Below are positions 1 through 13,750 of a stretch of DNA of 64,000 nucleotides, in pieces. Source of the stretch: Callorhinchus milii (taxonomy: Eukaryota); assembly GCF_018977255.1 (NCBI RefSeq), contig NW_024704742.1:89468001-89532000 (forward strand), written 5' to 3'. Position 1 is the first letter of the stretch. Every line of letters begins with the position of its first letter. The position numbers and the translations under genes were made by a program. The notes beneath the pieces were generated by a model, which was not told the DNA's origin, made no database searches, and worked only from the letters and a program-made list of their open reading frames with translations.

Positions 1-491
1 CATCACTCCCACCCTCGCTCGCCTCCACTGGCTCCCCATCCCCCAGAGGATCGAATTCAAGATCCTCATCCTCACCTACAACGCCATTCACGGCCTTGCT
101 CCCTCCTACCTCTCTGACCTACTATCCCCCTACCTACCTGCCCGTACCCTCCGTTCCTCTGGCTCCGGTCTGCTCCACATCCCCCGCCCTAACCGCCCTT
201 CCATCGGTGGCCGGGCCTTCAGCCTCTCAGCCCCGAGGCTCTGGAACTCTATCCCCCAGTGCCTTCGCCACCTCCTCCCTTTCCTCCTTCAAGGCCGGTC
301 TCAAGACCTTTCTCTTCAACCGAGCCTTCAGCTCCCCTCTCGACTCTCTACCCCCTCCTCGCTCCCTCCCTTCCCTCCCCTCACCCTGACCATTTCCCCC
401 CTGCTCGGGTCCTGACCCAACTGTACAGCGCCTTGGGATATCCTCCCGACGTGAAAGGCGCTCTATAAATGAAATCTTGTTGTTGTTGTTG
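1..491 (+). mobile_element. L2-clade LINE 3' end (runs off the window start), inside an ELAVL2 intron
   Basis: Frame 2 gives ITPTLARLHWLPIPQRIEFKILILTYNAIHGLAPSYLSDLL...GGRAFSLSAPRLWNS, typical of the L2 ORF2 C-terminus. Followed by a 3' stem-loop and (TTG)n tail. Confidence 0.92.
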
Positions 492-1273
492 TATTCATGC
501 TCAATAAAATAAGTACCATGCATGACAAAATCCTCCCTGGGCGGGAGTGATTGAACCAGCTTACAACTTACAGAGGACATGTGCTTGCTGAAACTGGCAG
601 GTTCTTACCAATTCAGTGCAATCTTGACCAACCTGTCTGTGTCGATAGTAAGACTTGTGTGCAACATGGCCTCAATTGTTAACCTTAATCCAAGGTACCG
701 TTGGGTTGATAAATACAGTTCAATTTAATCAGGTGGTCACAGTTGTGTGGACTTTCAGTACAAATTTGCAGTTCACCAATGTGATGGTGGATTTTACATA
801 AGGAAAATTTTGCAAATCGCATCCTGTCAATTTAAAACACTTCTCCAGAAGCTGCATGTCATACCACAAACTCAGTCTTTGATTGTACGCATTCATACAT
901 ATACAAAACTCCTTCATGAAGATACTGTACATAAATGAGGGAGCAGGAAATTGCGAGGTATGGGGTAGGATAGGGAAGTTGGGATTAGGATGGGTGGAGG
1001 TTTACGTAGTGTATGAATAAACAGGTTGGGTCAAATAACCTGTTTCAGTATTGTGGTTTATATGTAAATACGTTAGAGCTTTGGAGCCACAGTAAGATTC
1101 AGAAGCCTGTTGTACCTATTGTTGTGGCAATTAACACCTTTTCAATTCCCCAAAATACTAAGTTAGCTTTGATATTAAGTCTTAACTGATCGGAAGGATG
1201 CTGCTATTGATATAATATATAGAAAGTATATGTACTCCGAAAAACTTTTCCTGAGAAGATTAAATCAGACCAT

Positions 1274-1607
1274 GTGGAGTCCTGTAGCTCAGTGGAGTCC
1301 TGTAGCTCATTGATTAGAGCACTCGCTTTGCAAGCGAGAGACCGGAGTTCAATTCCAGGCAGAGGGCGAAACCTTGGGCAAGTTTCCTTACTCCACACGC
1401 CTAATAATAATCCCTCCAAGACCAAAAGCAATAATAAATTGGTCATTTTCAATCTAAGACTGTTTGTGGGACATTGCTGTGCGCAATTGGCTGCCGCGTT
1501 CGCCCACAAATATACAGTCAATTCACTTTACAGTTTGTTCTGTGAAGCGCTTTGGGACGTCCTCCTGACATGAAAAGCGCTATATCAAATGCAAGGATTA
1601 TTATTAT
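1274..1607 (+). mobile_element. Full-length tRNA-Ala-headed Deu-domain SINE with L2-type tail (young short subfamily)
   Basis: A-box TAGCTCAGTGG, B-box GGAGTTCAATTCC, anticodon-like ttTGCaa, core gtttgtgggacattgctgtgcgcaattggctgccgcg, L2 tail and (TTA)n. Carries an 18-bp head duplication. Confidence 0.92.
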
Positions 1608-2139
1608 GAAGGAGTGGATTCCGGATCTAAGCGATGGCTTCATTACCTTGTTTCAGTGTGTTCAGGGACTTTGTTCAATGGACCTTGTCTCAAATTTCAA
1701 GTTGCAAGTTCCACACTCCCTTATACTTTTAGCTTTCAATCGAATAAATTTTTTGTTTGGTTCAAATAGTGAAAGAGGACTTTTTCTTAATGTTTGGACT
1801 TGAAGATGGGCAAATGAGTCTTATCTCAAAAGATGTATATTAGTATTGTAATTAAGTTTTGCAATTATGTTGCTCCGATTCAGGTGTGCTGAAGAATTTT
1901 CACCCTGTCCCATCAAGCTCACTTAGTGAAGCTGGTGAATCTCGTTTGGATGGCTGAGCCTTGTTTGGATGGTTTTCTGATCTAAATGATAGTAGGGTTT
2001 GGATTACTCTATTACCTAAAGTTTCTTAACTTGAATCAAGCTTTGCTCAGAATGGATCCAAACAGGCCAGAATGTAATGGCAACTCTTAAAGAAGTGTTG
2101 CCATCAGCTCAGCTTTATTGATGCCAGCCAACATATTTA

Positions 2140-2298
2140 CAACAACAACAAGATTGCATTTATAGAGTGCCTTTCACGTCGGGAGGACGTCCCAAGACTC
2201 TGGACATTTGGGACCCGAGCAGGGGAGAAATGGTAAGGTGAGGGGAGGGAAGGGAGGGAGTAGAGAGTTGAGAGGGGAGCTGAAGGCACGGTTGAAGA
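2140..2298 (-). mobile_element. L2 3'-end fragment
   Basis: Reverse complement of about 315-490, including the (TTG)n tail. Confidence 0.85.
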
Positions 2299-5200
2299 TT
2301 TAGGGGCTTAAAAGCTGAATAGAATTTCTTGGCTTTATTCATTGGAGGAAAACAAGGACGTCGGACTTTTTCTCCTCTCTTTTTACCCCCCCTCCCACCA
2401 CCCAAACGCAATTGAAGATTTGATGCCCAATTTGCACATCCTTGGCTACAGTTGTGATTTAAGTTTCTCCCCCGCCCCGAGTACTTATCTGACTTTCTGT
2501 ACAAATGAAAGCTGGTAGCTTGTAGTGTCCATGGAGGACTTAATGAGTGCTCCTTTGCTGCACCATCTTCACATATGCCTGTGATTGCAACCAGTGGGCA
2601 CTAATGTTTTTGGAGAAATTAGTGATGCTTGAATTCCCTCTGGAGCTGTCGGCTGCTTGATTCGATAACCCATGTGAATCTAATCTCCTTACCACTCACT
2701 GGATTGCTTAATAACCGTGTGCTTTATACAGCACTTGGCTCAGTGGGTTGTAGAACTCTTGCCGTTTTCTGTGTGGATTTTTTTTTTAAAAAAAGCTGCA
2801 GGTGGTGATCATTAGGAAGTTGGCTCCAAATGCAAAGCTATACGTGGCATAACTAACATTAGTACCAAATGCTTCTGTTGCAATGCTTGGGGGTGCCCAC
2901 TGTTTTACAGAGGCTAAAATTTATGTTAAACACGTGTTGGCAGACTTCGACTTTAGCTTGTCCTCTTGTTCAATATGCATGACAAGTTAATAAGCAGTCC
3001 AGCTCTATAATTGGTCCCTTTTTGGAAGATATTGGAGCTGCAGCAGGTTTTCTGGACAACGTGCATCGTTCTAACATAAACCACTCCTTTTGTATGCAAT
3101 TCATATGGTCTGAAAGATGGTGGTTATCCAGGAGATAGATCAGTTGGATGCATTTCAAGACTGGTTTGATACCATTCTGCTCCTGGAGATGAGCTAGTTG
3201 GATGGTCAGCCTGAATGTTCTGTCTACTTTGTACCAGTCTTTGTTCCCTTCATTTCTACTTTATGTGAAGATGCTGTCCTACATCATACTGTGCAGTGTG
3301 TCTTGATCAGGTACTTATTCCCTTTTTGCTGTACACTGTCCAGCGCCTTGGGACGTCCTCCTGATATGAAAGGTGCTATTCAAATGTAATCTTGTTGTTG
3401 TTCCCATTGTATGTTTTCAAACTCTTTTTGAGGTTCAGACTCTCCATGAGGCTGTAATCATCAACATGGTGGTCACAACACCAATGTTTTACTGTAACTG
3501 GGATCTCATCTTGCACAATTTGACTCCTGTCTTGCTGATTGTGTGACAATATATAGAATGTGAATCCATGCACACACCTTTGAGCATGTAAACTGAGCAG
3601 TTAGGTGTACAACTCGGGAACAAGCATGTAAGAAGACTGAGTCTGCTTGGAATATGATTAATGAGGCTTCTGAATGAGATGAAACATACTCGTTTGTTTT
3701 GATGTAATGAATGTATAGAACTGATGTGGTCAAAACGTCATCTTTCATTCTCTGTAAAATGTCACTGCATGGACAATATTGAGATTCATAGAGCAGAATT
3801 GGCTTCATCTGTGGTTATTCAAATCTTATCAAGCTTCAGACCAAAACATCNTTTTTTTTTCAACCAGGCATTGATATCTGAGTTGTATTTTAATGCACCA
3901 GACTTTTTGTCAATTTATTCAACTTTCTGACCATTCCTACTAGTTGGAATGCCCAATTTGACACTGACCTTTAATCACTTTATCTCACTAAATAAATAGG
4001 CAAGGATAATTTTGGCAATCCACAACCATTACATTTAAACCATATGCTCATCTGACCTTGGAATAAAATGTTGCTGCAACAAAAAGTCAAGTTGTCAACC
4101 AGGAATTGTATCCAGACCTGTATTTCTGGATTTTCATTCAGTAAATAACCTGAAGCTCTAGAGGATTTCTATTGCATGCTTTTAGGTGAAATCAGTTTGA
4201 AAGCATTCTGGATGCCTCTTCAACCATACGTGTTATTTTCCTACATTCTCGCTCTTAAGGGACTCTTTGTCAACAAAAACTTGGTAGAAAAAGATCTAAA
4301 GGAGTGTTTCAGATGTGAAGCACACAGCTAGAATACAACTGAAGGATGACAGCAGTGAAGATCTATGGTTATTATATTGTTGGAGGAACCGAACCTTGGC
4401 TGACGCTATAAATATTTGAGTCTGCCTATTTTGGTGATTCACTTTGGACATTAATAAATCCCATGGCGCTGTTTCAAAGAGCAAAGGATTCTCCTGTTGC
4501 CTGACCAATATTCTTCATCCATATTTTCTTTAAAGTTGTTGATCAGTTCAGTTAATAGGATGCTGCTGGTAAAATGTCTTTGCCTATATAGCAGTCAAAC
4601 CAATACATTTTGGTAAATAAGTAGTTTTTCATCTTCCTACCTTAGATTGTGTGTTGCACGTATTAGTACTGCATCATGTATGCCCTGACTCTATTACACT
4701 ATTAATACTTGGAACTATTGTAGAAATAAGAATACTGAACTAACCTCAGACAGCCACTCAGATGAAATATATTTTGCTGCATAGTTCAGAATCTATGGTG
4801 GGTGTATACATGATAGGTGTGCATTCCTCTTGTGAAAAGATGGAAAATATTAATCCTCAAAAGCTAAGACTAAACAAAGCTCATTAAAATTGCACAAACT
4901 TTTTTAATCTGATTGTCTTCAGACGGCTGTCATTCTTAAGTAATCCTTTTGGAATGGGAAAGTTACATGATTAATATTTTAACTTGAAGTTTGAGAGGTG
5001 CTAGAATTCTTACACAAATTCCAACTTTATAAATCTTAAAATGCATATTTTGTCATTTACTGCTCAGCTGAGACTCTTTTCATAGAGCTTTCCATTACCT
5101 CCAGGTAAATAGCCATTTGCATGTGAACTTGGAATAGATTGTGCAATTATGCCAGCTGAGCTCAGACAGGCATATGTCATTACACAGAGTGCTGGAGCAG

Positions 5201-5458
5201 GAAAGGACTAGTGATTCTCTTTTTTTTTCTTGCCTTGGTGAATAATGTCATCATTATACCTCCAAATACAATTGGCAATACAGGATAAGATGGAAGTGAA
5301 GACCCTGCTAGCTCTCGTCATTCTTTTTGAGTGTAGAATCTCCTAGTTGACTGAATAAATGAACCATATGTTGTTGTTGCTGTCCAGACTTGGACACAAA
5401 ACTAGATTTAAAAAAAACTCCCTCCCCTATTAGAAGAGCTCCTTCAAGAAGAGATTGA

Positions 5459-5863
<405 letters not shown>

Positions 5864-7309
5864 TGACTTCCATTAAGGATCAATGATTCCTGGAGTCTTT
5901 GTACCAAGAGGCTAACTTGAGCATCTTTTGCTGCCAAAATGTTAATTGATCTGCTTGGTAGTGACTTTGATGTTTGCCGATTCTACTATAGCAATGTCAT
6001 GGCTTAAAATGTCATGATCCTCAGACTTGAAGGGAGATCATTGTAAATCTGATGTGTACACTCGTACCTTCAAGCTTCGGGTAACAGTTGATGTGATCAC
6101 TGTTCCAGACTTGTGATATCAAGTTGAAATGCTGATAACATTGCCTCATTTGTCTCTTCAACAGTCTTTTGAAGGGAGAATTTTCCCAAATCCTAAGAAT
6201 AAATCGCAGCCAGCCTCTAAATTTGACATTTTCCTTTGCAACAAACTTCTTATGTATTACCACCGGGGTCATGTCCAATTAAGAGCGTAATACCATTCAG
6301 AGGTTTCTTGTAAGTGATCAAAGTGCTACAAAGCCTATATGATTATTATACAATTTTTTTAATATGATTATTATACATTTTTTTCTTTTTCCTTTCACGT
6401 CAATTATGGACCACGTCTGTAAAGCTCCAGTTTTTAATTTAGCAGGTTTCCAATTTCGGACTGCTTACACCTTTTTACTTTTCTTTCCAAATTGTTCCTT
6501 CTTAACTGCTTCTTGAATCCAGCCCTTTCTTTTTGTGGATACTTTCTAGTAAATAAAAGTCTGTATCAGTGTCTTAAGATGGCTTAAAAGACTTGGAATT
6601 CCATTTTAAACACTAATTTTTTTTGCAAAAATCCAAAATTGTGGAAGATTCTTAAATGACTCTTAATTTGATTACTGGAATGCATTTTGGGTATTGCTAT
6701 GGTGAAGTTTGCATACATGCAATGTCTTATTGCTCAAGCTATCCCTTAAAGGATTGATGATGACCGTCTTCATATCTTCTATATATGCACGGTCAGTTCA
6801 AGCTATCTTGATGTAGCAAACCATCAATCTCATTTATCAAGGAAACTGGTTCCTTTGTTAAGTGAAGCTGGAACTGGTGTTGCTTCAGCCCTTCAGGATT
6901 GCACACCTCGAATGAGATGGGGGCAGAATTTGTCCTTATTGTGTGGATCTTGAGACTGATAAGAGAAAGGTGCATTTAAATTGATCAGTGGAATGTTTTC
7001 AGACTTTGGTGGATTAGAAACAATGAGGTCCAAAAGGCAAGTACCATTGGATTACAATGTGGGGCTGGAAGTTGGTGGGAATCGACTCACATTTTACACT
7101 GTTGCGCCTTGGGACATCCTCCCGATGTAAAAGGCACTATACAAATGTAATGTTGTTGTGTTTCTCGCCGAACCACTCGGGAGGGATATATTGTAATACT
7201 TGCAAGTACTCCAAAGTAATACTTGCTTACTCGTAACTTGTGTCTATCCTTTTTGTCTCGTGTGGAGGAGGGAAAGAGACCTAAAACTTTACCAACCTCT
7301 GCTCAGCAG

Positions 7310-7590
7310 GCATTGACCCGTTCCATATCCCCTACCCTCCCCACCATTGGCAGTCAGCTTTTCTGCTTCTCTCTGGAACTTCATCCCACAGTCCCTTTGC
7401 CTTGCCACCTTCCTTACCTCCTTCAAGGCTTGTCTCAAAGTCTTCCTCTTTGACCGTGCTTTCAGTCATCCTCCCATTCCCCTTGCCTTCCACCCCATCT
7501 GATTCCAACCCCCAGCTCAGGTGCAGACCCTCTGGCACTTTGGGACATCCTCCCAATGTGAAAGGTGCTATATAAATACTATTTGCTGTT
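7310..7590 (+). mobile_element. Older L2 3' fragment
   Basis: ccccaccattggcagtcagc...ctctggaact...tgggacatcctcccaatgtgaaaggtgctatataaat. Confidence 0.8.
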
Positions 7591-7953
7591 GACACAGCCT
7601 ACTGCTCTTTGATCTATTTTTGTGTTCCACTACCTCTAAACAAAAAAGCCTTTTACCAATCTTTCTACAAGAATCAACCCTCTGAGACTTTCTCTCAAGT
7701 ACATTATGATGAATCTGATTTGCAGGTGAACCGTTGAACTAATGAAGACAGATTATGGTAATGTAAAGCTGGTTCAATATCTGGCACAAAATGTACTGGT
7801 AAAAGAAACCTGGGAACATTTTGTGAATTGTTTTTGGTGGAAAGAGACCTGATGTATGCACACACTATGCCTTGAGTATTAAGAAACATAAATGTTTTGA
7901 AGTTGTGGGTTTAATTGTGCACAAACTATTGAATTATAAAATGTCTTTTGCAG

Positions 7954-7992
7954 GTTGGACAATCTTCTAAATATGGCTTATGGTGTGAAAAG
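7954..7992 (+). CDS. ELAVL2: ELAVL2 39-nt hinge cassette exon (RLDNLLNMAYGVKR)
   Basis: tcttttgcag|GTTGGACAATCTTCTAAATATGGCTTATGGTGTGAAAAG|gtaatg. Phase 2-2 and frame-preserving; matches the 13-aa alternative hinge segment of neuronal Hu proteins. Not in the ORF track. Confidence 0.95.
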
Positions 7993-8000
7993 GTAATGGC

Positions 8001-8006
8001 TGCATG
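8001..8006 (+). promoter_or_regulatory. RBFOX motif TGCATG at intron position +9 after the 39-nt cassette exon
   Basis: AG|gtaatggcTGCATG seen directly; function inferred. Confidence 0.6.
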
Positions 8007-9357
8007 TTAACTTTCTGCATTTGATTAGATTTCCTTTGCAGTTGAACAGTTTATAATCTAGAATTCAGAATATTCTTGAAAGTATATTTTGCTCATAGTC
8101 TCTGGCTATCTTAACTCCAGTAAATGTTTTTGGCGTCAATGGTAAAAGTATGGTATCATATTTGAGAATTTATTTGCTAAGATAATATATGGACCTTAAA
8201 ATGAAATCGCTTTAATAGTAAATTGTATACCAGTAACCCCAATAGTTTCTTAAATATTGACAGTTTTCATCTTTTGTAAGACTTGTATATATTAACCAAA
8301 TAGAATTGTCCTTCTATTGAGATGGTTAGCAATCAGATGCAGGAACCCTTTCTCTTTTGTTTTACCTCCCTATCCTTATCCTGAGATGATTGAGGCTAGT
8401 TTTTCTCACTCTACCCATGCCTGGTTATGATTAGTGAGGAACAGGTATTAAACCCAGAGTGGGTATTTCAGGCAAGGCAGCACTACTGGCTGAGCCTTTA
8501 AAAGGCAGCAGCCTCTCAATTAAAGTTAATGCTTCTGCTACATGTTATCAATAAACAGATAAAATTAGTGGCAATAAACATTTGTAAAATGTGTGAACTC
8601 ATAACTTGTAAGCAAATTAAGACCTTGTGCATCCAAATTGAACACAGTCCAACTTAATTTTTACATTGAAGCTCACTATTTTGGTGTATGATTGTCATGT
8701 TGTGCTGTGACTATGGAAAAAAAACTGTACACTTGCATTTTGTTAAGGCAAGACATTCCATGGAAGAGTTTTCTAAAACATTAACATTTGATTGATAAAA
8801 TTGTGCCAAATGCTTGAATCGTTTAAATTCAAGCTTTCAAATTGTATTATGTACTTTTTTATGTCCCATGATGGTAATCCAGATTTTGCAATTTTTGACT
8901 TGGCTCATATACTCATATATGCCATTTGCCTATTAGGCTCCAGAGGTATTTGCAGCAACACGATTGCACGTTATGTGAAGTTCAATAAACTACTGACAAT
9001 ATATTTGTTAAAAATCCGCCATCAGCCTCTGTAGTTTCAATACTACACCTGAGTCTAGAACCTGTGCCTTGCCCCTTCCTGTCTATCTTCAGATCACACC
9101 TGAAGATCTTCCTCTTTGGTCACCTCCCCTCTCTCTGCCACTTAATGAGATGCTATCCTGCGTGAAAGGCGCTATATGAATGCAAGTTGTGCTCTAGTTG
9201 TGGGTGAGGGGCAGGTGAGAAGGTTGTTCCTGGACCCATTCTGTGCCACATATTTTAACCTTTTTTAAAAAAAACAATTCTGAGTATTCTGAGAGAGAGT
9301 GATGACACTGGGGATGGGTTCTGTCCGACCCTCTTGTTTATTTCCCTTTGCATTGCA

Positions 9358-9558
9358 GGGGGTAATAATCCCTCCCAAAAAAATGTGGTCACTCAATCCA
9401 CGACTGTTTGGGGGACACTGCTGTGCGCAATTGGCTGCCGCGTTTCGCCCACAAAATAAACAGTCAATTCACTTTGCAGTATATTCTGTGAAGTGCTTTG
9501 CGACGTCTCAACGATGTGATAAGGCGCTATATCAAATGCAAGTATTATTATTATTATT
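9358..9558 (+). mobile_element. 5'-truncated Deu SINE in the last ELAVL2 intron, ending ~140 nt before the acceptor
   Basis: Deu core plus tail gacgtctcaacgatgtgataaggcgctatatcaaatgcaag(TTA)n. Confidence 0.88.
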
Positions 9559-9680
9559 GTGCAGTTAAAGTAATTTTGACAATTAAATGTTTGCTTTCGA
9601 ATATACCACAAGGTGACTGACAAACAGTTGACTTTTGCTATGTGGTCTTGCGTTAGAAATATTCCCTGGTTCCATTGTAG

Positions 9681-10025
<345 letters not shown>

Positions 10026-12370
10026 TATGTAACATAACTGTTATAGCTATTCAAGGAAACACAAGTTAAAGGCAAAACTTTATATACTAGTGCAAAGACT
10101 TTGTAAGTCAGTGTTAAAGTATGACTATTTAGCATCCTAAGAATATGTGAGAGGATTTTATATTGCTGGTACCTTTGCATTAAATCTTCTTTCATAGCTT
10201 TTATGTTTGGGGGAAAAAATGGACAAGAGATGCAGGGTTTTTTACCTGCCCCAAAACATTACCTCCTTTGAGATGGAGGTGGACCTTTTAAAAGAAACTG
10301 TTTCAGCTGAAGGAAGAAAGAAAATAACTCCTAGATTTTTACGCAACTGCCTTGAAACAGTGCATAAAGTGAATTTGTGAGGCTTTTTTTTTTGGTAAAC
10401 ATTCATTTCATTTAAAAGTCTTGATTGTTTTACAGAACTGTTTTGAGTTGCTGTTTGTTTCCTTTATGTGTTGTTAGAAGTGTTTAAGTGAAACAGTATT
10501 TTATTTTGATATTAAGATTTTGGAATTGGGAAAAGGGTGGGCTTCAATTGTACCTTATTGTAAGGTTCTTGGAAAAAAAAATCTTTTTTTCGTAACACAG
10601 TACCTTGCCAAAGAGAGAGAGCCTCTTTGATGAAGTGGGTTTAAAAAAAAAAGCATCTATTTTTATAAAAAGAAAATTTGGAGAAACTTTTTACAGGACC
10701 TGGAACAAATATTTTGACTTGGTTACTTTGAGAATCTCTTCATATGACATCTAGTGAGCTTTTGAAAAAAATTAAAACCCAGGAAATTTCCAGTGGCTGG
10801 TATTTATTGGAAAGACTTGTCATGTAGAGATTACCTTGAAGACCTTTGTATTACCAAGATGTAGAACCAGTGGGCACTGTGGGTTTCATATGTATAATCA
10901 GTGGATCATCCTGGTTATTGTTTGTGGCAAAAATAGCTCACATTTAATTGTGATTTCAAGACTTAAAAGAGGCTAACATTGAGAGTGCATGCAAATATAA
11001 AATATCAAAATTATTGAAAATTGGGGGGAAAATCTGTTCTTCCTCAAAGTATTCCCTTCTGTTCGAGCTCAAGGTGTTTAGTGATGTACACTCTCCTGCT
11101 GTATTGTCTGTGCTGGAAATGGGTGGGGGGAAAAAAAGTAATTGGACTTGCTTTGCAATACAGATGTCAAAGCTGTCGGAATACATTTCGGAAATGCAAA
11201 AGGATAATGATGAGAGACTGCACCTGAGCATTGTGTAATGTAAATAAGTCCTTGTGTTATGGACTTTACTGCTTTTTTGTTTTTGACTACATGCCAAGTG
11301 CTGTTTAAGAACCTTGAATGCTTTGTATGTTTTTTGTTTCATGTAGACTGCATTAACATTACTTGAAGTTTACTTGTTTTGTTGTCCTAATGACCAGAAT
11401 TGCAGTGCATCAAATTTGTTTGTTGTTGGTCTGTAGATAGTCTTGTTGCAGCTCTTTAAAACTATAGTGACACTGCTTTTGTTATATATGCATTTGTGGT
11501 ACAATGGGTAAAACCACAGTTTGAACAAATATGCTTACATTTTCATACTAAAAAAAGGAAGCTGTCCTGTTGAAACATTGAAGTAAATTTGCAAATAATG
11601 CTTAAATCACTATGGGGAGATATAGCCGTTCTTTATCATAACAGGAATAAATTTGAAAAACTCTATTTTCAGAGAAGCATCTAGCTTAACTTATTCTTCT
11701 AAGAACAAATTGGCCGTAGGATTGCAGTCCTCGACCAGGTGCACTGATACCTGTAGTTAAATGTCCTGCTTTGTGTAAACTGAGAAATGCTCATGTACTC
11801 TTCCCCTTAGAACAAGCAATGTGCTATGCATAACATAGTTGTACATTTATCTTTGCTATTGCTTTTTGAATACTGTAGTTATAAATTCTCAGCCTAGTTG
11901 AAGTACATATACTGTGAAGCACATGAAAGTGTACCCACATTTTCATGCTAACCCACTGACTGCTGATAACTAACTGGCGTCTTGAACTAATTGTCTGGGC
12001 CTTGCATTTCGGGAATGCAAAAGAGCCCATCTACAGCTTTAAAAACCTGAGACCTCTGAGCTAAATATGAAGGCCAGTAATTGATATGAGCCTCTAGTCT
12101 ATTTGTAGCCTAGTCAAATGCAGAAAAAATTTAGTGGGAATTGCATGTGAATTGGCCTTCACTTTACAGTGTTGATCATAGCACTTAATAAAATGTAAGT
12201 CTGTATTTATTTGAAGTTGTAAAGTATGACTAAATTTACATCAGTTGATTGGAATATATGTTCTTTTGAGTATTTAAGAGGCTGTACATGTTTTTTCCTT
12301 ATATTGTGTTTGGATCATTTGTACTTTTTTCATGTTCAGTACATCAATAAACAAAGTTGAAGGGAAAATG
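10026..12370 (+). other. ELAVL2: Putative ELAVL2 3'UTR (~2.3 kb, U-rich, no recognisable transposon)
   Basis: Follows the stop codon; AU/GU-rich; no SINE or LINE visible despite dense repeats nearby. The 3' end is inferred from AATAAA at 12346. Confidence 0.75.
12346..12351 (+). terminator. Probable major polyadenylation signal (alternative AATAAA at 11646 and 12187)
   Basis: AATAAA with upstream TGTA and U-rich elements (ctgtacatg, ttgtactttttt) and downstream GU/U-rich sequence. Confidence 0.6.
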
Positions 12371-13039
12371 CTGGTTTTAAGCCTCGGTACATCTGACCAT
12401 TGCTTTGCTGTGAACAATTCATTGCCTGTTTTTAATCTTGTATGTGGTGCTTGGAGAGGGGCAATTTATTAATGACCATCTTGCAACATGTCAACTAGAT
12501 ATTGGCTGGGGCTAGTGTCCTTGAAAGTGGGTTCCAGTTAATAGCTGCACTTACCTTCTAATGGTTTGATGTACTGGGTATTTTAGTTCATAACTGCACA
12601 CTCACTGATTCCAGGTGTAATATCAGGTTGCTAAACTGAATGGTGAAAGGTTTGTGAAATGGTGATTGTATAAATTTATGATACCCAGTGTGTGTTTCAT
12701 TTGTAGTGCCTCATATACAGTTGTACTTTACAATTTATTTTGTGAAAAATGTAGCTTTAATGGTAGGGTTAACCTCACAACATGATGAATTAATAATTTC
12801 AGCTTCTAAAATATCCAATTTGTTTGCACCATTATGACTTATTTGGCATGCATGCAGCTTTTTAAATACAGTTTTGTATATATGTTTATTCTGTTTATCC
12901 TAATGTTAGGACTTGAGCTTTGTGTCCAAGCTGTTAATATAGTGCAGGACTGGGGAGTGCTGCATTGTATAAAATACTGGCCTTTGGCTTCATCAGACTG
13001 TTTAGATGGACATTAAGGGACTGTGTCCCAGGCAACATA

Positions 13040-13750
13040 TGTCCTACAAACATCTTCCTACTTCAGAATGGTGGCCTGCTATGAAAGAAGAAAAAATGGC
13101 ACTGTCTTGCCTCATTTAATGTTGAATAATATTTCTTGTCAACAAAAGAGGGGAAATCAATGGTGTAACTTTAAACAGTGTGTAGGTTCCAGGGAGATGG
13201 TAACTAGAAACCTGCAGAAATTGTCAAATGTCACTGGCATCCATGCTCATATAGTCCTGGTATAATTTATAGAAGCAGATAACTCCATTGTAATCAGCCA
13301 TGGTGTTCTGTCGCTTTCACTCGATTTTAAGCAGCTTTAATCATTTCTCTAACCTTTTTAAAAGGCTTAATATTTTAACTGGTGAAGGGAAAAAGAAGAT
13401 TCTCATCAGGATAAGCCACCTCTGAATGTTCCAGTGCATTAGCTTGAAAATATTCTTTGGAGCTGAAAGCCACTGTGGAATTTTCAAATGTTTTTTAAAA
13501 TTAATTAAATCTTTCTTGATTGGATTTTTAAAGATTTGCCCTCTGCCAACTGAACCTGCAAACTGCCTTATCGGTTGGAACAGTTTCAGCAATAAAAGAC
13601 AAGAAGCTACACCCACAGAGCAGTTCTATTGATAACATTACTCCTAAGCAGCACATTTAGGAAATTTATGTCATTATGATTTCATTCATCCATTTTTTGG
13701 GGGAGGATCTATGTGAAGTTTCATCATTTGGATGAGATGTTATCCTGAGT
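13040..13750 (+). repeat. Copy A of a ~710-bp direct duplication
   Basis: Aligns by eye with 27278-27986. Confidence 0.95.

Noticed and set aside
6337..6385. Short tandem duplication atatgattattataca(T)n; a similar one at ~18065-18100
   Set aside because: Ordinary slippage or assembly duplication with no sign of function.
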